Positions 40,783-57,325 of a stretch of DNA of 64,000 nt are shown piece by piece; positions within the stretch are counted from its first letter, which is position 1, and each line of letters opens with the position of its first letter. The position numbers were made by a program, and so were the translations under genes. A model generated the notes under the pieces. The model had not been told where the DNA came from and made no database searches. It saw only the letters and a program-made list of their open reading frames with translations. The DNA is from the human T2T-CHM13v2.0 reference genome, Homo sapiens: assembly GCF_009914755.1 (NCBI RefSeq), contig NC_060926.1, one strand, 5' to 3'.

Positions 40783-42469
40783 AGCTGGGCAAATGACCAC
40801 TAGTGTATAAGTGATCACTGGAACGGAGTGACCACTGAGATGCTGGGGGTCACTGGGCCTGGAAGACCATCCCAGCCTCTGAGTTCTCTTTGAGTATGAG
40901 TGATTACTTGGATTTTAGTATCTGTTCTCTCTGAGCCTGGATGGGCTTGGGGCCAGACCTTTGCCTGATTCCTGATTCCCATGAGAAATCAGAACTGCTT
41001 TCTGCAGCAAATCAGGGCTTCCCCCTAACATCTGAACTCCTGTAAACCTTCATCCCTGGCCCCCTATCTTGGGCCCATTAGTTTTGGGGATGGGGCACAG
41101 GGCATAGCTATGACTTTGCTTTCTGGTTGGAGCCTGGCCGGAAGGAAGAGCCCTGGAGGTGGTTGGGGGCAAATGTGCCCTGAGTCCTTGGGGTGGTTCT
41201 GCTTATTCTTCAAGTTTATCTGAATCTGTGGGGAGTGCATGATCCCCATGTTGCAATATGGAGTCTCTGCCCTGAGATCTTCCCCATCTCAGTTTTCCTT
41301 CCATGAAAGAGTACGTGTAAATACATAGTGTTCATAAGAGACCTGGCCACATGTGCATGAATGACTGGGCCGATGCTTAGGAATATTTATGAGGGATGGG
41401 GAGGGAGACAATTGGAATGGGGGCGTTGCCTGCAGAACTTTAGACCCTGTAGCCATAGAGGGAATGGCGTTCCTTTCTAAAAGGAACTGAAACACTGCCC
41501 CTCTCCCCATTGCCCCACAACCTTACTCTAAATTTGAGTAGAGAAAAGCTCCTAAAGTGACCTTCCGGGTGGGAAGGGCAGCAGTACACATGACCCCATC
41601 CTTTTCTTTGTTTTTACCCCCTGGCTGCCACCACTGCCATGTCACAGCTGCTTTCTCTGGCTGGAGTGTAGGCTGTACCCCATTTCCTTGGCTCCCATTA
41701 AAAATCAACAACATTCTAATGATTAGGGAACAACAGAAGGGGAACAGTCATAGGATATACGAGCAGTATAAAGATACGTTTGCAATCAGTGACTACTCAG
41801 GGTGACACCCTTGCCCTAAAGCAGGAGTCCCCCCTACCTGGGGTCCATGGACTCCCTGAAATTGTATGCAAAATGTTGTTTGTACATGTGTGTCTGTATG
41901 TCTCTGTGGGGAGGTTTTATGGCTTTTGTCAGATTTTCAAGGCCTTAACAAAGTTAAAGGACCACTGCCCTGAGGTTACTGCACTGAGGCCAAGTTAGGA
42001 TGGCATCACTCTGTGGCAGCTCTCCCTGGACTTGCCCTGCCTGGAACAGGGTGATTTGCTGGAATGGAGTTACCACTGAGATGCCAAAGGTTGCTGGGTC
42101 TGGAAGACTGTTGTGGCCTCTCAGTTCTCTTTGAGTCTGACTGACTGTGGCCAGTCCCTGGACTGGTAGCTGCTGGAGGCCTTCTTGTTTCTCCAGTCCC
42201 TGGAAGCTGAGCTCTATGTGTATTTGATGACATTGTCAGCTCTTACCAAACGTCAAGACCTCTTCCTGCTTGACCACTCGCACATGGCTCTAGGCTTCTC
42301 CTGCTGAGTCCTGGTCTTGGCCTGTGAATGTGCCTCGTTCATCCCTGGTGCTTGAGCCCCTCAAGCTCCAGTCAATGATCCAGTCCTTCCCCTTTGAAGT
42401 TTTCTGCTCTACTTTCCTTGGCAGCAGCCTGTGAACTACTCAAAAGAGTCCCCTTGGGTTTGGAATTAT

Positions 42470-42645
42470 CAGTGGCTTTGCCACTAGTAAATGTGTGATC
42501 TTCGGCAAGTAACCTAACCTAGGGACATCAGTTTACTCATCTGCGAAGTGGGGATAATAAAACCTACCTCAGGGTTGCTTCAAGGATTAAATGAGAAAAT
42601 ATGTCAACAATAAAGACCTGTCTGTACCAATAGATGTTGTTATTG
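42470..42645 (+). mobile_element. MIR (in 3'UTR)
   Basis: TGTGATCTTCGGCAAGTAAC...CAGTTTACTCATCTG...AGGATTAAATGAG. Confidence 0.65.
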
Positions 42646-42707
42646 CAAAAATGGGCTTACTATCCATAACCATATAGCTTAACTATATGATAACCATGAC
42701 ATTCGTA

Positions 42708-43029
<322 letters not shown>

Positions 43030-43374
43030 TTAAGCCTCACTCAGTAAAGGACAGTCATTGTTTCACAGATATCCTGTTCTGGGTCACCTCTGGACAGCTC
43101 ATAGCTGCTGGTTTCTAGGTTTTAGGAGGCAGATCTATGATTTTTGTAATCCTCAGACCTGTCTGACCTTAGTGGCCTGAGATCCCTTTGTATAGAATGG
43201 AGGAAGGCTGTGTGTTCTTTGGTTTACCCTCAGCCTATCTTTCAACCCCACTCACTTGAGGTTGTGGCCTAGTTCCTCTTTGGGGGAGGGAGGAAGGTGG
43301 GGAGATGTCAAAGGGGACTGGGCTTCCTGTGGGGAGTGGGAGAGAAGAGTTTTTCAAGGAGGAGAGAGACCAGG

Positions 43375-43739
43375 GCTCTTATACTCTGGGCCACTATCTG
43401 CCTGCTCTAATCACCTAGGGCCAGGCACCAGACAACTAGGGATGGCCTCTTTACCCCAAAGCCTGCTGAAATTACTCAAACTAGCCAATCCTAAGTCTGC
43501 CTACCCTGCCTCAGTCATTCCTTCCAATGGAAACCACAATAAGCACTCTTGCCCACGTTTTCCCTGCTCCCTCTGCATCCCAACTGACCCTGGTGCTTCC
43601 CCATGTGGCCCCTGTATAGTGTGCTTTGCCTCCTGTTTCTAGGGACCTGTGAGTATCAGCTTTCTCGATGACAGTCATTTCTGTGTCTATGTGTCTTATT
43701 ATACCTTATTAAAACAAACCTGGGTACATTTGTAAGACA
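43375..43739 (+). mobile_element. ERV LTR fragment (MER21-like)
   Basis: CCAGACAACTAGGG...CTGCTGAAATTACTCAAACTAGCCAATCCTAAG; ends ...GTAAGACA. Confidence 0.55.
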
Positions 43740-44392
43740 GCAGGGATTCTCTGAAGATTAATGATTGAGAAGGATGATTGGACCTGTCTAGTCAGGGAGG
43801 CTGAGGCCTCAGGCCTTCATTAGGCACGTTGCATGTCTGTCAAGTAAGGGCCACTAATCACCTCACATGGGTTCATCTGAACTTTATGCCAGCCCAAAAC
43901 ACGAGGACGTGCCACCCATCCTCAGCACTCTCAAGACACACTTAAGTGTGTTTGATACGTAAGCTCCAATTCCTTCCTCCATAAGAAGAGAGAAGGCAGA
44001 AGTGGCTTTCCCCGAGGTGAGGACGGGGATGGGAGTTTTTTCTTTTGAGTGATGTAGACCTATGCCCTGCTTCCATGCCACTTCCTCAGATGTGACAGAC
44101 CTCTGCTGGGATGGAATGTGTGTTTGCTGGAGACAGCTGTGGCATAGAGGATTGTGAGAAAGGGTCCCCATGCTTGGTGTGGAAGGAGGGAGCTGCTCAC
44201 CCTCTGTATGGGCTTGGATGAGGAGCTTCTCAGCGGCAGTCATAAGAACCAGAGGATTTTCTGCCCTTTGCTGGGAGCCACATGAGCCCCCTGGATTCAT
44301 GTGGAATTCTTGGGAGAGGGATGACCACCCTGAAGATGGCTGAGATCAAATATCTCATCAGATGACTGGATGCTTAGAATCGGGTTAACTTG

Positions 44393-44406
44393 ATTAAATA
44401 AATAAA
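44393..44406 (+). terminator. Poly(A) signal cluster ATTAAATAAATAAA
   Basis: Three overlapping hexamers followed by T/GT-rich sequence. Confidence 0.55.
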
Positions 44407-45254
44407 TAGAAATAGTTTTTGTACCTATGAGTTTGTGGAGAAAAATTCCTGCCCACTATACTAATATCAGCATTTCTAAAACGATCTGTCTGGAGCATAT
44501 GCGTGATGAACCTACCTATAGATAGAGCAGAGTAGCTGTAAATGGGGTGGAGTTGAGTGAGCACCAAGTGCTCAAAATGAAGAAAGAGGACTTCCCTCCA
44601 ACCTTTTGCAGGAGTCATCCCCCTAATGCAACTTCTCCCCACACATATCCACCAAATTAACTTTTTTTTTTTTTTTTTAACCAGACAAAGCCTATGGTTT
44701 CATCATAATAATATAGGTCATCATAGATTGAGATTGCCTTGTAATTCCTAGGTAAACGTCCTTGGAAAAAAGGGAATATGAACCTACAGGATTCCAGTCA
44801 ACAAAATAAGCTGTCCACATGCTACCTCTACAAAGGTTTGTAATACAGCTGTCATTAAGATCTTTGCTAGGTAAGTTCTTATTCTACTTTGGGTATTTAT
44901 TGTGTTACTAGCCAGGGCAGGCTTTGCTATGATGCGATAACAACCCCACACTTTTAGTGGCTTAAAACATTTGTTACTCATGCCGTATGTCTATCCTTAG
45001 TAGTCACTCAGGAACCAAGGCTCAGGGAGGCTCCATCTTGACATAAGCTTCCATGATTGTAGAGAAAGGAAAAGGGAACTTGGCTAACCATAGGTAGGCA
45101 CCTAAAGTTTTTGTCTAGAAGTAACATGCATGATCACATTTCAATGATCAAAGCAAGCCACGTGACTTTGCAAGTTCAAGCAGATGGAGAAGGGCTATGA
45201 TAGCCTTGTGCTCAGACCACAGTACTAAGCATTTGTGCCTAAAGTATGGCCACA

Positions 45255-45566
45255 GGGTCAGCGCGGTGGCTCACATTTGTAATCCCAGCACTTTGGGAGG
45301 CCAAGGCAGGCAGATCACTTGAGCCCAGGAGTTCCAGAGCAGCCAGGGCAAAATGACGGAATCCTGTCTCTCAAAAAATACAAAAGTTAGCTCGGGATGG
45401 TGGCGCATGCCTGTAGTCCCAGCTACTTTAGGAGGCTGAGGCGAGAGGATGGATTAAGCCTGTGAGCCTGGGAGGTGGAGGCTGAAGTGAGCCATGATCG
45501 TGCCACTGCACTCCAGCATGGGTGACAGAGCGAGACCTTGTCTCAAACAAAAACAAAACCAAAAAT
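45255..45566 (+). mobile_element. AluJ-type
   Basis: Diverged dimer. Confidence 0.85.
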
Positions 45567-46354
45567 TATGGCCTCAGACCCTTTTGCTAGGACCAAGAGC
45601 TGCTGATGTCCTCTTTGTTTCTTTTTTGAAGGGAAACATATACTAAATCTTTGCACTCATAATCTCACTCATCCCTCCTATTGAGCACCTGCTACTTCCT
45701 CTCCTTTCTTCTGTCTCCATGGAGTACAGTGAATTTCCTCTTAGAGAAATGGCGACTGGATATTTTAAAAAATACCTGGGTAAGAAGGGCTGTTGAATTA
45801 GAGAGGACTCATGGTGACAGGGTTCAGTAAAAAGAGAAACTTAGTGTCTCACTTAGTAGGAAAGATAAGGAGTAGTTATTCCCCAGGATTGCAAGAAGGG
45901 CCTCAGGAACTGAGGCCTTAGTCACTGGAATCAGTGTTAATGCCACCAGGATTATTTTTCTTCCATTAGTCTGTCATCTCTGCATGTTCTGCTTGCTGGA
46001 AATGGACATATTCCTAGAACTAGGAAAGATGGTTGCCATCTTTCCTTCACCTTCTCTCAGCTCTGTAGGGTAGAGACAAGACTTCTTCTTTAGCTCCAAT
46101 CCGGGAATCCCAGGGAAGGAGTCTGATTGGCTCAGCTTAGATCACATGCCCACACTGAACCAATGACTGTGTCCTAGGAAATGGGATACTATGATTGGTC
46201 AGGCCTGAGTCAAGTCCATGCCCAGGGAGGACAGGATTAAATTGTCAGAACGAGGGACATGGTTAAGTTGGCTGGGCAAATAAAAACCACAATTACTGTA
46301 ATTTACTATAGCTGTCTTAGAGTTAGATATAGACAGTGACCTTTGAAAACTAAA

Positions 46355-47580
<1,226 letters not shown>

Positions 47581-47599
47581 AAACTAAAGATAATGTTGT

Positions 47600-48137
47600 T
47601 CCTTCCAAATGAAAACCTTCCTATCACTTCCCGTTACAATTAGAATGAAATCCAAATCCTCTGTTCTGATTTACAGAGCCTCACATGTTAGGACCTCTGT
47701 CCATCTATCTAAACTATTTTTACTTTCCCCTCACTCAGGAGCAACAGCCACACCAACCTTCATTCAGCTTTCTAGATACACCAAGCTTGTTCCCAACTAG
47801 GGAGAACTAGTTGTTTCCCCTGATCTTTGCAAGTCCTTCTGGTCAGTCAGGCTTTATCTTAAACATTGCCTCCATAAAGAGGCCCACCCTGATTACTCTG
47901 TATAAAGTAGCTCCCAGTTACTTCCTATCACATCCTCCTATTTTAATTCTCAGCATAGCATATCATCAATTTGTATTTTCTTGTTTGCTTAGTTTAATTA
48001 TTTTCCTTCTTGTTAGATTGCAAACTCCATGAAAGCCTGAACTATGGCTTTTTTGTTCACTGTTGTATCCCCAGTGCTTAGAACAGTGAACAGTGCCTGA
48101 CACATAGTAGATGCTCAATATTTATTGAGTGAATGAA
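47600..48137 (+). mobile_element. L2 3' end
   Basis: ACAGTGCCTGACACATAGTAGATGCTCAATATTTATTGAGTGAATGAAT. Confidence 0.75.
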
Positions 48138-48559
48138 TATGGCCATTGCCGAGCTGACCCACTGGGTAATGGAAAGAACGCAGGTCCTGCTGAGAGGCCA
48201 ACACCATCCACTGGTCAGTACTCCTGTAGGAGGCCACTTAGCTCCCAGCTCCTGTGGTTCTGCAGTACCAAGTGGCAGCCCCTGGGATCCTCTGCTCATA
48301 GACTCATGGTTTTCAAGGGATAGCTTTAGGGTGTCCTTCTCCTAGACCTCAAATGACCTCTCCCTGTCTGTGTTCCGAACTCCATCCTGGACCCTTCTTT
48401 GCTTTGGGCCCTAATTTGTGTCTGGTTGTCCACAGGTAGGTCCTCTCTGCTCTTTCTTTCAGAGTGAAAGAATCAAAGTATCCCTGGAAGGCACAACACC
48501 ACTTTGCAAGCATAAATTCCCTAATCATAGTTGCCCTTAATAATAATAATAATGCCCTA

Positions 48560-48775
48560 AAATATAATCATCTACTAGATATGATGTGGGCATTGAGCTA
48601 AACATTTTTTACATCAAACTCAATCTCAGAAAGACTGGTGGTGTTAGCCACATTGTCGGCCAGTGAAACTGAGGCTCGAAGGAGAAATAACTTGCTCAGG
48701 TCATACAGTTAGTTTGTAGCTGAGTTGTGACTAAAACCCAGGTCTCTCGGATTCCAAAGCTTGTGCTCAGAACCC
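48560..48775 (-). mobile_element. MIR
   Basis: GAAACTGAGGCTC...AACTTGCTCAGGTCATACAG. Confidence 0.6.
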
Positions 48776-50289
48776 CTGCAGTGTACAAAGTACCCAAATA
48801 GTGCCCATTACAGATCAACTTCCGAGAACTGGGTCTTGCCTTCCTAGAGTGGAGTGGTGTTTCCTCCTTCACTCATTGTTCATTTCATATATATAAAACA
48901 GAACATGATCATATTTCAATACGTAACTTCTGTACAACCAAAAATTAAAACACCACATTAAAATAAATGAGAAAAACATGGTATTTCATTTGCAATACTT
49001 GAAAAAATGTTAACATTCTTAATCATAAATGAGCTTTTAGAAATCAGTAACAGGCTAACATTACAAGGGAAATGAAAATAAAAGAAACAGGAAAATGAAA
49101 TAATACAAATGATTAATAAGGTGATATGAAGATGATGTAGCTTAACATTAATAGATGAAAAAGCAGTTTCTTTGTAATATTACATTATCAATGATCACAA
49201 ATACAGAAATCTAACATTTGTATAGAATTTTAGGAAATAGGGAACTCTTAAACACTGGGAAAATTTACTCCAGTTTTGGGAAATTTACTCAAAATTTAGA
49301 TCTTGTATGTACTTTGCCCTGGCAGTTCCAATCTGTAGGAATTATTCCAACGGAGTAGTTGGACAAATTGAATTTTATGTATAAGTATGTTTCTTACATA
49401 GAAAATCTATAGCTAATTTATCACCCCCAACTACTTATGTATCAATTGATTTAAAAAAATAGATTGGGGGGTGTTCATTAAATATTAATTTAGGTCTATT
49501 TAGGTCAGGTTCTGGGCTAGATTCTGGAGACACAAAAGTGAATAAGACATAGTCCCTGTCCCCTTAAAGCTCATAATTCAAGGATAGGCAGATGAGTAAG
49601 CAGACAGCAACACACTTTGAAAGGCGCTATTGTTAAGGTGTGTTCCAAATCTGAGGAACCCAAAGATACCTCATTCTACTGACCTCTCTTCTTAACTAGC
49701 AGCTTGAGAAACAGGTTTGGGATGCCAATCAAAGCATTTGTACCACCTAACCAGACTCCCCTGAAGCTACTGAGACAGTCTAATGTAGTGTAGTCTAGTG
49801 AGACATATACATGCCTCATTTTGTCTTTTGTGTATATCAAATTTTACATAATAAAACACTTTAAAATAAGATGTTTTTCTGTCTATGGAACCAGAAAAAA
49901 CAAGAAAAAAAGGTTGGTGACCTTGTGTGCTCCCCAAACAAGGATTTGTGGAGAGTGGGCATTCTATACTATTGTTGGAAATGAAATTAGTACACACTCT
50001 ATGGAGGGCATTCTGGTAATATCTATTGAAAACTTTAAAGTGTATATATCATTTGATCCAGTAATTACACTTTTAGAAATTTATTTTAAGGAAATAGCAG
50101 TATAAGTGTGCAAAGACATACTTCTAAAGATTTTTATTTTTATAATAATTATAAGCCTAAAATGTTGGGAAAAAAATCAATTATTCAACAAGTGAAATTT
50201 GGTTAAATAAGCTTCAGTATTGACCTGAAAAAATGTCCACATTGTTAAGCAAAAAAGGAGGAAACAATAAGAAAGAGAAAAGTGTTTCC

Positions 50290-50795
50290 TGACAGACAGG
50301 AGCTGGCCTGGCACTCATAGCCAGGCCTCAGTGTTTTCCTATTGAACATAAAGGATTTCATAGAACACCAACATCAGACAAGGACACTCAGTGCCAATGA
50401 TGAAGAAAAAAATGAGATCACTCTATAATCATGTCTCAACACAGGCAAAACAGGTACATTGTCCAGACCACAAAATGACCGAGCAGCCTCCTGTCCTGGC
50501 TAATAGGAATGACTGGTGCTTCTTTACCAGTTCTTCACTGGCTTTAGCCTTGCAGCAGTCTTCCCTCCTTCCGGATGAGAGTTATTAAGATACCCACGCA
50601 CAGAATTACCCTGCTTCCTTAAACCCTTCTGCAAACCCCCTAGCACAAGCCTGAGTCCCATAATAAGTTCTTTCTAACACCCTCTTACTGAAACACCCCA
50701 CGGTTCCCCATGCCATGCATTCTCCCCCGCAGCAAAGAGTAATAACCCCAACTTGCTTGACTACAGGTGTGTTCCCAGTGATCTTTGGCTGGACA
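50290..50795 (+). mobile_element. Solo ERV LTR (family uncertain)
   Basis: TG...CA bounded ~500 bp with LTR-like 3' end (GTAATAACCCCAACTTG..GGTGTGTTCC..TCTTTGGCTGG). Confidence 0.5.
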
Positions 50796-53700
50796 GCAAT
50801 GACAACCAGTACTATCTTACAATCATTTGTAATAGATAATGTATTTCCACTGTTATAAAATTGTGTGGCATAGCACACAACAAACTGTTAGCAATGGTCA
50901 CCCCTGATGAGGGGTTTTACTTTTGATTTACTGTCTTATTTATTTATTTATTTTTTACAATGTGCATGAATTGAGATAGAAGGAGGAGGACGATGAAGAG
51001 GTGGGGAAGGAGAATAAGTGAAGGAAAAAAATGGAAGAATGAAGAGAAATGAAGATGGCAGTGGCAGCAGCACTAAGACGTTTGATAATGATGTTATTAG
51101 AGGATATTTATGTTCTTTAAATATCTATAACTAATATGCATTACACTTGAATATGAAAAACAACAGTTATTTTTAAATGAAAGGAGATTGTGATTTTTCC
51201 GGAGAAATACAATATGACTATTTCTAATTTTTTATTTTTGCAATAGTGAAGTAGGGATCTCGTGCCCGACTAACATTGAACACAAGTTTGAAGACTTTTG
51301 GTTTTCTGGGTCCATTGCAGTATAGTTAGATGCAGTAGGTGTCGCTTTTTCCCCAAGAATAGCCTGTTGCTAATGCTGGTGGAAGTCCCTTCTGAGCTGT
51401 GCCCAATTCTGTCAATTATCTGTCTTCAAGATTTGCCTAATCTCTAACCTTTGAGTAATGTGTACTTGTAGTTTTCCTTCCTTCTGTAATTTAGATCCAT
51501 GATCCAATCTAGATAAGGGAAATTACTACACATTCTTTATTCCTTTCTGTAGAACTTTCACATAGCCATCCTATTAGATTTTCGTGGTCATCCAAAGTGC
51601 TTCAGGCAGGTATTATTGGCTTCATTTTAGAGATGAGGAAGGCGAAGTTCATTAGAAAACTGAAGTCATTAACAATTAATTGGTCAAGGTTTCTTTCCCC
51701 TCCATTAGCTAATTCAAGAAACAAGGATATAGGCAGCAAATAAAGCACGATTTGTGCTTTAAATATATGAATATATATTTACTGTTGTAAATATGTCAAC
51801 CGTAAAAATACATTCCCATCAGTCTCTGAGAACTGCAGTACAAATTATGAGAACTGACCATGCTGCTCACGTACTGTGATTATGCAAAAGCTTTCAGAGA
51901 TGCATTACATGGGGGAGCCCTCTCAACTTTGGACAAGGTGTGCAGCCTTCAGAGGTCTGGGAGTTGTTCGGAAACACCTAGGCATCCTCGGGGAGCATGC
52001 TGAAGGTGACTCATGTTTGCATGTGTGTGACTTGGGGTTACGTTATAAACATGAGGTTTTGTGCTGAGTGGTAATATCAGATGCAAAGGACTGTTTGCTC
52101 CCTCTTTTGGAGGTCTCGTACTTTTCCAAACCTTGCATGTTATCAATTATCAGGCAATCATTTCCTGAGGACTGCCACATAGCTGCTGCTTTCCCTTTTC
52201 CTAGTTTGCTTTTCCTAAAACGTTTTGGAGTTAGAAATCAAATAACCAAGCTAGGTAGAAATGAGCATAATGTAAAGTTTTCCCAGGTTCAAAGTAACTC
52301 TATTTGAAGGCATTTGTATTGGTGCATTAATTCCTGGTTCATAACTAAATTATGGAAAGGAGACACTGACTGATAGGAAGCTGGTTCTGGATAGATGAGG
52401 GATGATTATGCCAATATTTTTCAGAGTCCCAAGATGATCAAGGCCAGCTTTGATCTCAGTCTACTGAGTCATGCTGGACGTATATATGGCTCGGTCACTC
52501 CATTGCTGCAGCCATTGGAATGCTCCTGTCGGGGGTAACAGTGTCCAGCCTTACGGAGCAGGCCTGACCACCCTCCGATGGTGTGGTGGGCACTGGGCCA
52601 GGAGGGAAGCTGGTGGGGTGTGGGGCAAGTACCAGGCAAAAGAAGTACCAGGCTCTAGGGGCAGACTGCTGGATTATGACTCAAGTTGACGCAGGAAGAT
52701 AACAAATCCAGTCCTCTCCCCAGAGGAATTGAGACCTAGGAGTGGCCTTCTCACAACTTCAGGGTGCAGGGTGGAGAATAAGTAAGGATCAGATGCACCA
52801 CACATACCAGCAGCTTGTGCCAGGCAATGTGCCTAAGATGAGGTGGGGAAAGGCAGACACAGAGTTCATGAAATGTGGCCAACAGAAACGAGGTAGCAGA
52901 ATCCACCCAACTAGCTGTCTGAAATACAAGGCAGGGACCCAAGGGAGGAAACACATATGGGGGACATTTAAGGTCCCAAGAGACCGGGGATGAGGTGACA
53001 GGACCTGGTATGCTCTGCCTATGACCTTCAGCCCCATTGTGGGGCTGAGAAGCCTGGCATTTGGAGGCTTCAGACTGCCACAGGGATCTCCAAATTCACC
53101 CACTGGGGAGGCAAAGGCTTCTGTTGGATGTGTGGCAAGGAGGAGCCCTCTTCACTCAGGCAAGGTGGGCAGGCTTCAGAGGGCTGGGAGTTCTTTGCAA
53201 ACAGCTAGGATAGGGCTAGGACTGGGTATGAGTACTGAGGACAGGGGCCATGGTCACCTGGGAAATCAAACCCAGAGTAAGCTTTTTTGGAGCCCACAGA
53301 TCTGAGGCTTCTGTTCAGAGGGGCAGGGACCAGGCAGAGCAGACCAGCTTGGTTTTTCACAAAGGTGGGAGTGAGTTGGAAAGTGGCCTTAGGTCACAAA
53401 CACTAGCCACTTTAAGAGAAATGCAGCTCATCTCACTGACCTTGAAATGAGTTTTGCATGTGCACACACGAGTGTGTTTATTTGTGGGTGAAAGAAATTT
53501 ATCTAAACAATTACATACATATGCTCGTAATAAAGCATTTAGGACATGCTGAAAAGTAAATAAAAATAAGAATCACTTCAAAACCCATAGGCCAGAGATA
53601 CAATCTGTAAATATATTTTGGTGGATTTCCTTTCAGACTTTTCTCTATGTATATATTCAACATAGGGATATAAATAGATATTTTCAATAAACATAGTATG

Positions 53701-54889
53701 ATACTATTTTGTAAACTGCTTCTTCCATTTGATACTATATCTTGGGTACTTTTCCACAATAAAATGTTATTCTATATCATCATCCTGCATAGGATTCTGT
53801 TGCTTGATATTTCTTATTTTAACTAACCTTCCATTGATTAACATCACATCATTTGAAAATAATACATTTGTTTCTTTCTTCTCTTTCTTATTTCAGCATG
53901 TTGGCTGGAACTTCCAGAACTGGCCCAGACAGAACTCATTCTTGACTTGAACCTGATTTTATAGCAGTGCCTTTAGTATTTCACCATTGTTTTTCACACT
54001 TCCTCTTGGTTTCTAATAGGTTTGTAATACAGAGGGAGTCTTTGCATTACCTCTAACACTAACAGGGTTTTATATTTTTCTTTTAAGAGGATAGGATGGA
54101 TGTTGAATTATGTCAAATATCTTCATAAGCAGCCAGTAAGATGATGGTATAGTTTTTCTCCTTTAGCCTGTGAATGTCCTAGTGCTGAAGCCACGTTGGT
54201 TCCTAAGATCATCCCTGTGTTAGTGGTTTTGCAGATCGGGAAGGTGAAGTTGTTGCCTTGAAAATATTTCAGAAAAGGTAGCATGCTTTATAACCTGTGC
54301 TATACCTGCTCTTTTTAACTGTAAATCAAGGAAATTGTCCTCTATCAGTTCATAGGGTGTTTCCTCATTTTTTTTTTATTGCTACAGTGTTCCTTTGTGT
54401 GGTTGTGTCATAGTTTGTTTATTCAACCAGTTCCCAGTAGTGATAGATATTTGAGGTGTTTCCAGTCTTCTGCTGCAGTAAGCAACCCCATAAATCCATT
54501 ATTTTGTAGGTGTGTGGATATACTTTAAAGTAAATTCTCAGAAACGGGACTGCTGTGTTAGAATGAACCAGGAAGCTTTCAGCCTTTTAGAGATAGATTA
54601 CTAACAGATAAACTCTGATAGACTCAGGTAAACAGAGTTTAGACAACTTGGCTATAATATATTCCTATGTTTGATAAAACATCTGCAGACAAGACAGTTG
54701 AGCCTGGAATTGCTGCACGTGTGTGTGCATGTGTGTGTGCGTGCTTCTTTCATACCTTTTATGCTTTCTTCTTGATATTCATGCTTTCTCATAGCGATTC
54801 ACATCCTTCAGTCTCTCATTTTTTTTAATGCACTTAGATTTTCCAGCACATGATGGAAGCAAGGAAGGTGATGAAATCATTGTTAGACA

Positions 54890-55090
54890 TTGAGCAGCTT
54901 GGGGCCAGACACCTTGGCAGGTGCTCTGAGTATATTATTTCGAACTCTCATTTCAACCACACCAAGAGCCCTTTTGAACTCTTTTTACAAAATGAGGAAC
55001 CCAGAGCTCAGTTTGCTCAAGGTCCCCAGCTAGGAAGTAGTAAATGCAGAGTTTGAAGCCAAGTCTATCTGCTCCACAGCCATATCCTCT
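54890..55090 (-). mobile_element. MIR
   Basis: TTTTACAAAATGAGGAACCCAGAGCTCAG..TTGCTCAAGGTC. Confidence 0.55.
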
Positions 55091-56675
55091 TTATTAGCCA
55101 CACCCATCCAGGATTTTTCCCCCAGCGTTCCTATTCCCAGTCATTCCCAGCTAACAATGAGTTGGGAAAGACTGATGCGTGGTGACATGTCCTAATAGTT
55201 AAAAACAATACCATTCAGCTTCTGGCTTATTCTTTTAAATAACAGCTCTGTGTTGCTATCTTCATTTTGATGCCAATCAGGTAAAATTAACAAACACTTG
55301 TGGAACATCTTTCAGGTGGAAAGCATGAGGCTAGTTGCTGTAGGGAATACAGAAGTGTAAGTCAAGACTTATGCTGGACAAGCTGAAGCTTAGTCTTGCC
55401 AAGCAATATGTACATTGACTGGTTAATGTAGCCTGTTTCTTTTTAGTGCTGAATAATATTCTATTGTCTGGATGTGCTGCAGTTTATTTATCCACTCGCC
55501 TCCTAAAGGACATCTTGGTTGCTTCCAGGTTTTGGCAATTATGAATGAAGCTGTTATAAACATACATGTGCAGGTGTTTTTGTGGATATGTTTTCAACTC
55601 CTTTTAGTAGATACTGAGGACTGTGATAGCTGGGAGGAGAATTTTTTTTATTATTTGAAATTTTGTTTTTGAACTAAAATGGTTTTTAAGGAATAAAAAG
55701 AGGAAAATTGTTGTGCTGGGATCTCTGCGTGTCTCAGCAGGTTATAGCAACACTGTCCACAACAGCATCAGACACTCAGCCAGATGTGAGTCGAGTTGCC
55801 TCCCGTGTAGCTGGGAGCAGACTCAATTGCAGAGCTGGTGTCTTATACTCGTAGAGCTCCTCTATCCTCCTTGAACCTTCAGGCTCTGTCTCCATGCTTC
55901 TCACACAATGATCTCCTTTGCACAACCTCAGAGCACAACAGTGCTTCTTTTCTGCACAGAGCACTCCCCTGTCTGGACTTTTGTCGTCCTCAGCCTTGCC
56001 TTTTTCTCTCCAAATGTAGCAGAGCAGTTGGCTCACCTTGTTTTCCATATCCTCTACCCATGGATTTCTGTTATCCCTACTCCCTCATCCCTACAACCCT
56101 CAACAGAAGTAAATCCAAATCAATGAATAAAACAACTGGACTTTGTCATATAGAGGGTAATTCCCCAAGAAACAGGACGCTGTATTAAACTCTTTCAAAA
56201 GAGTAAATGAGTTACCTTTTATATGACCAAATTGCTTTCTAAAAGGACTAATCCAAGTTAAAGTGCAAATTTAAAAGCCTCTGAATAAAGCCTAAGAGAG
56301 AAGTACATGGCATGGACGATTGACAAATATAATCCAAGAGCAGGAAGTAACCAGATATGAATTGTGAGATGCTGGGAATTCTCCCGAAGTTGGTGTCAAA
56401 CATACTCATTAAACTTGATACTGTCTGTACAACGAAAGGGCACAGAAGGGAGTGGTAATACAACACAGGGTGCGATCCAGGAAAATACCTTATTTATAGA
56501 AGAGCAAGGCTGTAAGGGACTGAGAGCATACAGGGCCACCCTAGTCTCACAGCTGAGCAAATTCAGGGAAGCCAGGGCCCCACCTAAAATCAAATCTGAA
56601 CCTCTGCCACCTAGTTCAGCACTCTTTGCCCATTTAGAAGGCATTCTGAAGTGATTTTGAAAAAATCTTTATTAA

Positions 56676-57083
<408 letters not shown>

Positions 57084-57140
57084 TAATTTCTTCTGTACCC
57101 TTCTAGTGTTTCTTTGTGAAAATACAATCAAATATAAAAA

Positions 57141-57325
57141 TGTGGGAAGGGGGTGAGGGATAAAAAAACTACCAGTTGGGTTCAGTGTACACTGCTCAGG
57201 TGATGGGTGCACCAAAATCTCACAAATCACCACTAAAGAACTTACTCATGTAACCAAATACCACCTGTTCCCCAAAAACCTATGGAAATAAAAAATATTT
57301 TTAGAAAAGAAAGAAAAAATTAAAA
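57141..57325 (+). mobile_element. Short L1 3' end (L1PB-like)
   Basis: GTGTACACTGCTCAGGTGATGGGTGCACCAAAATCTCACAAATCACCACTAAAGAACTTACTCATGTAACCAAA plus A-tail. Confidence 0.8.
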
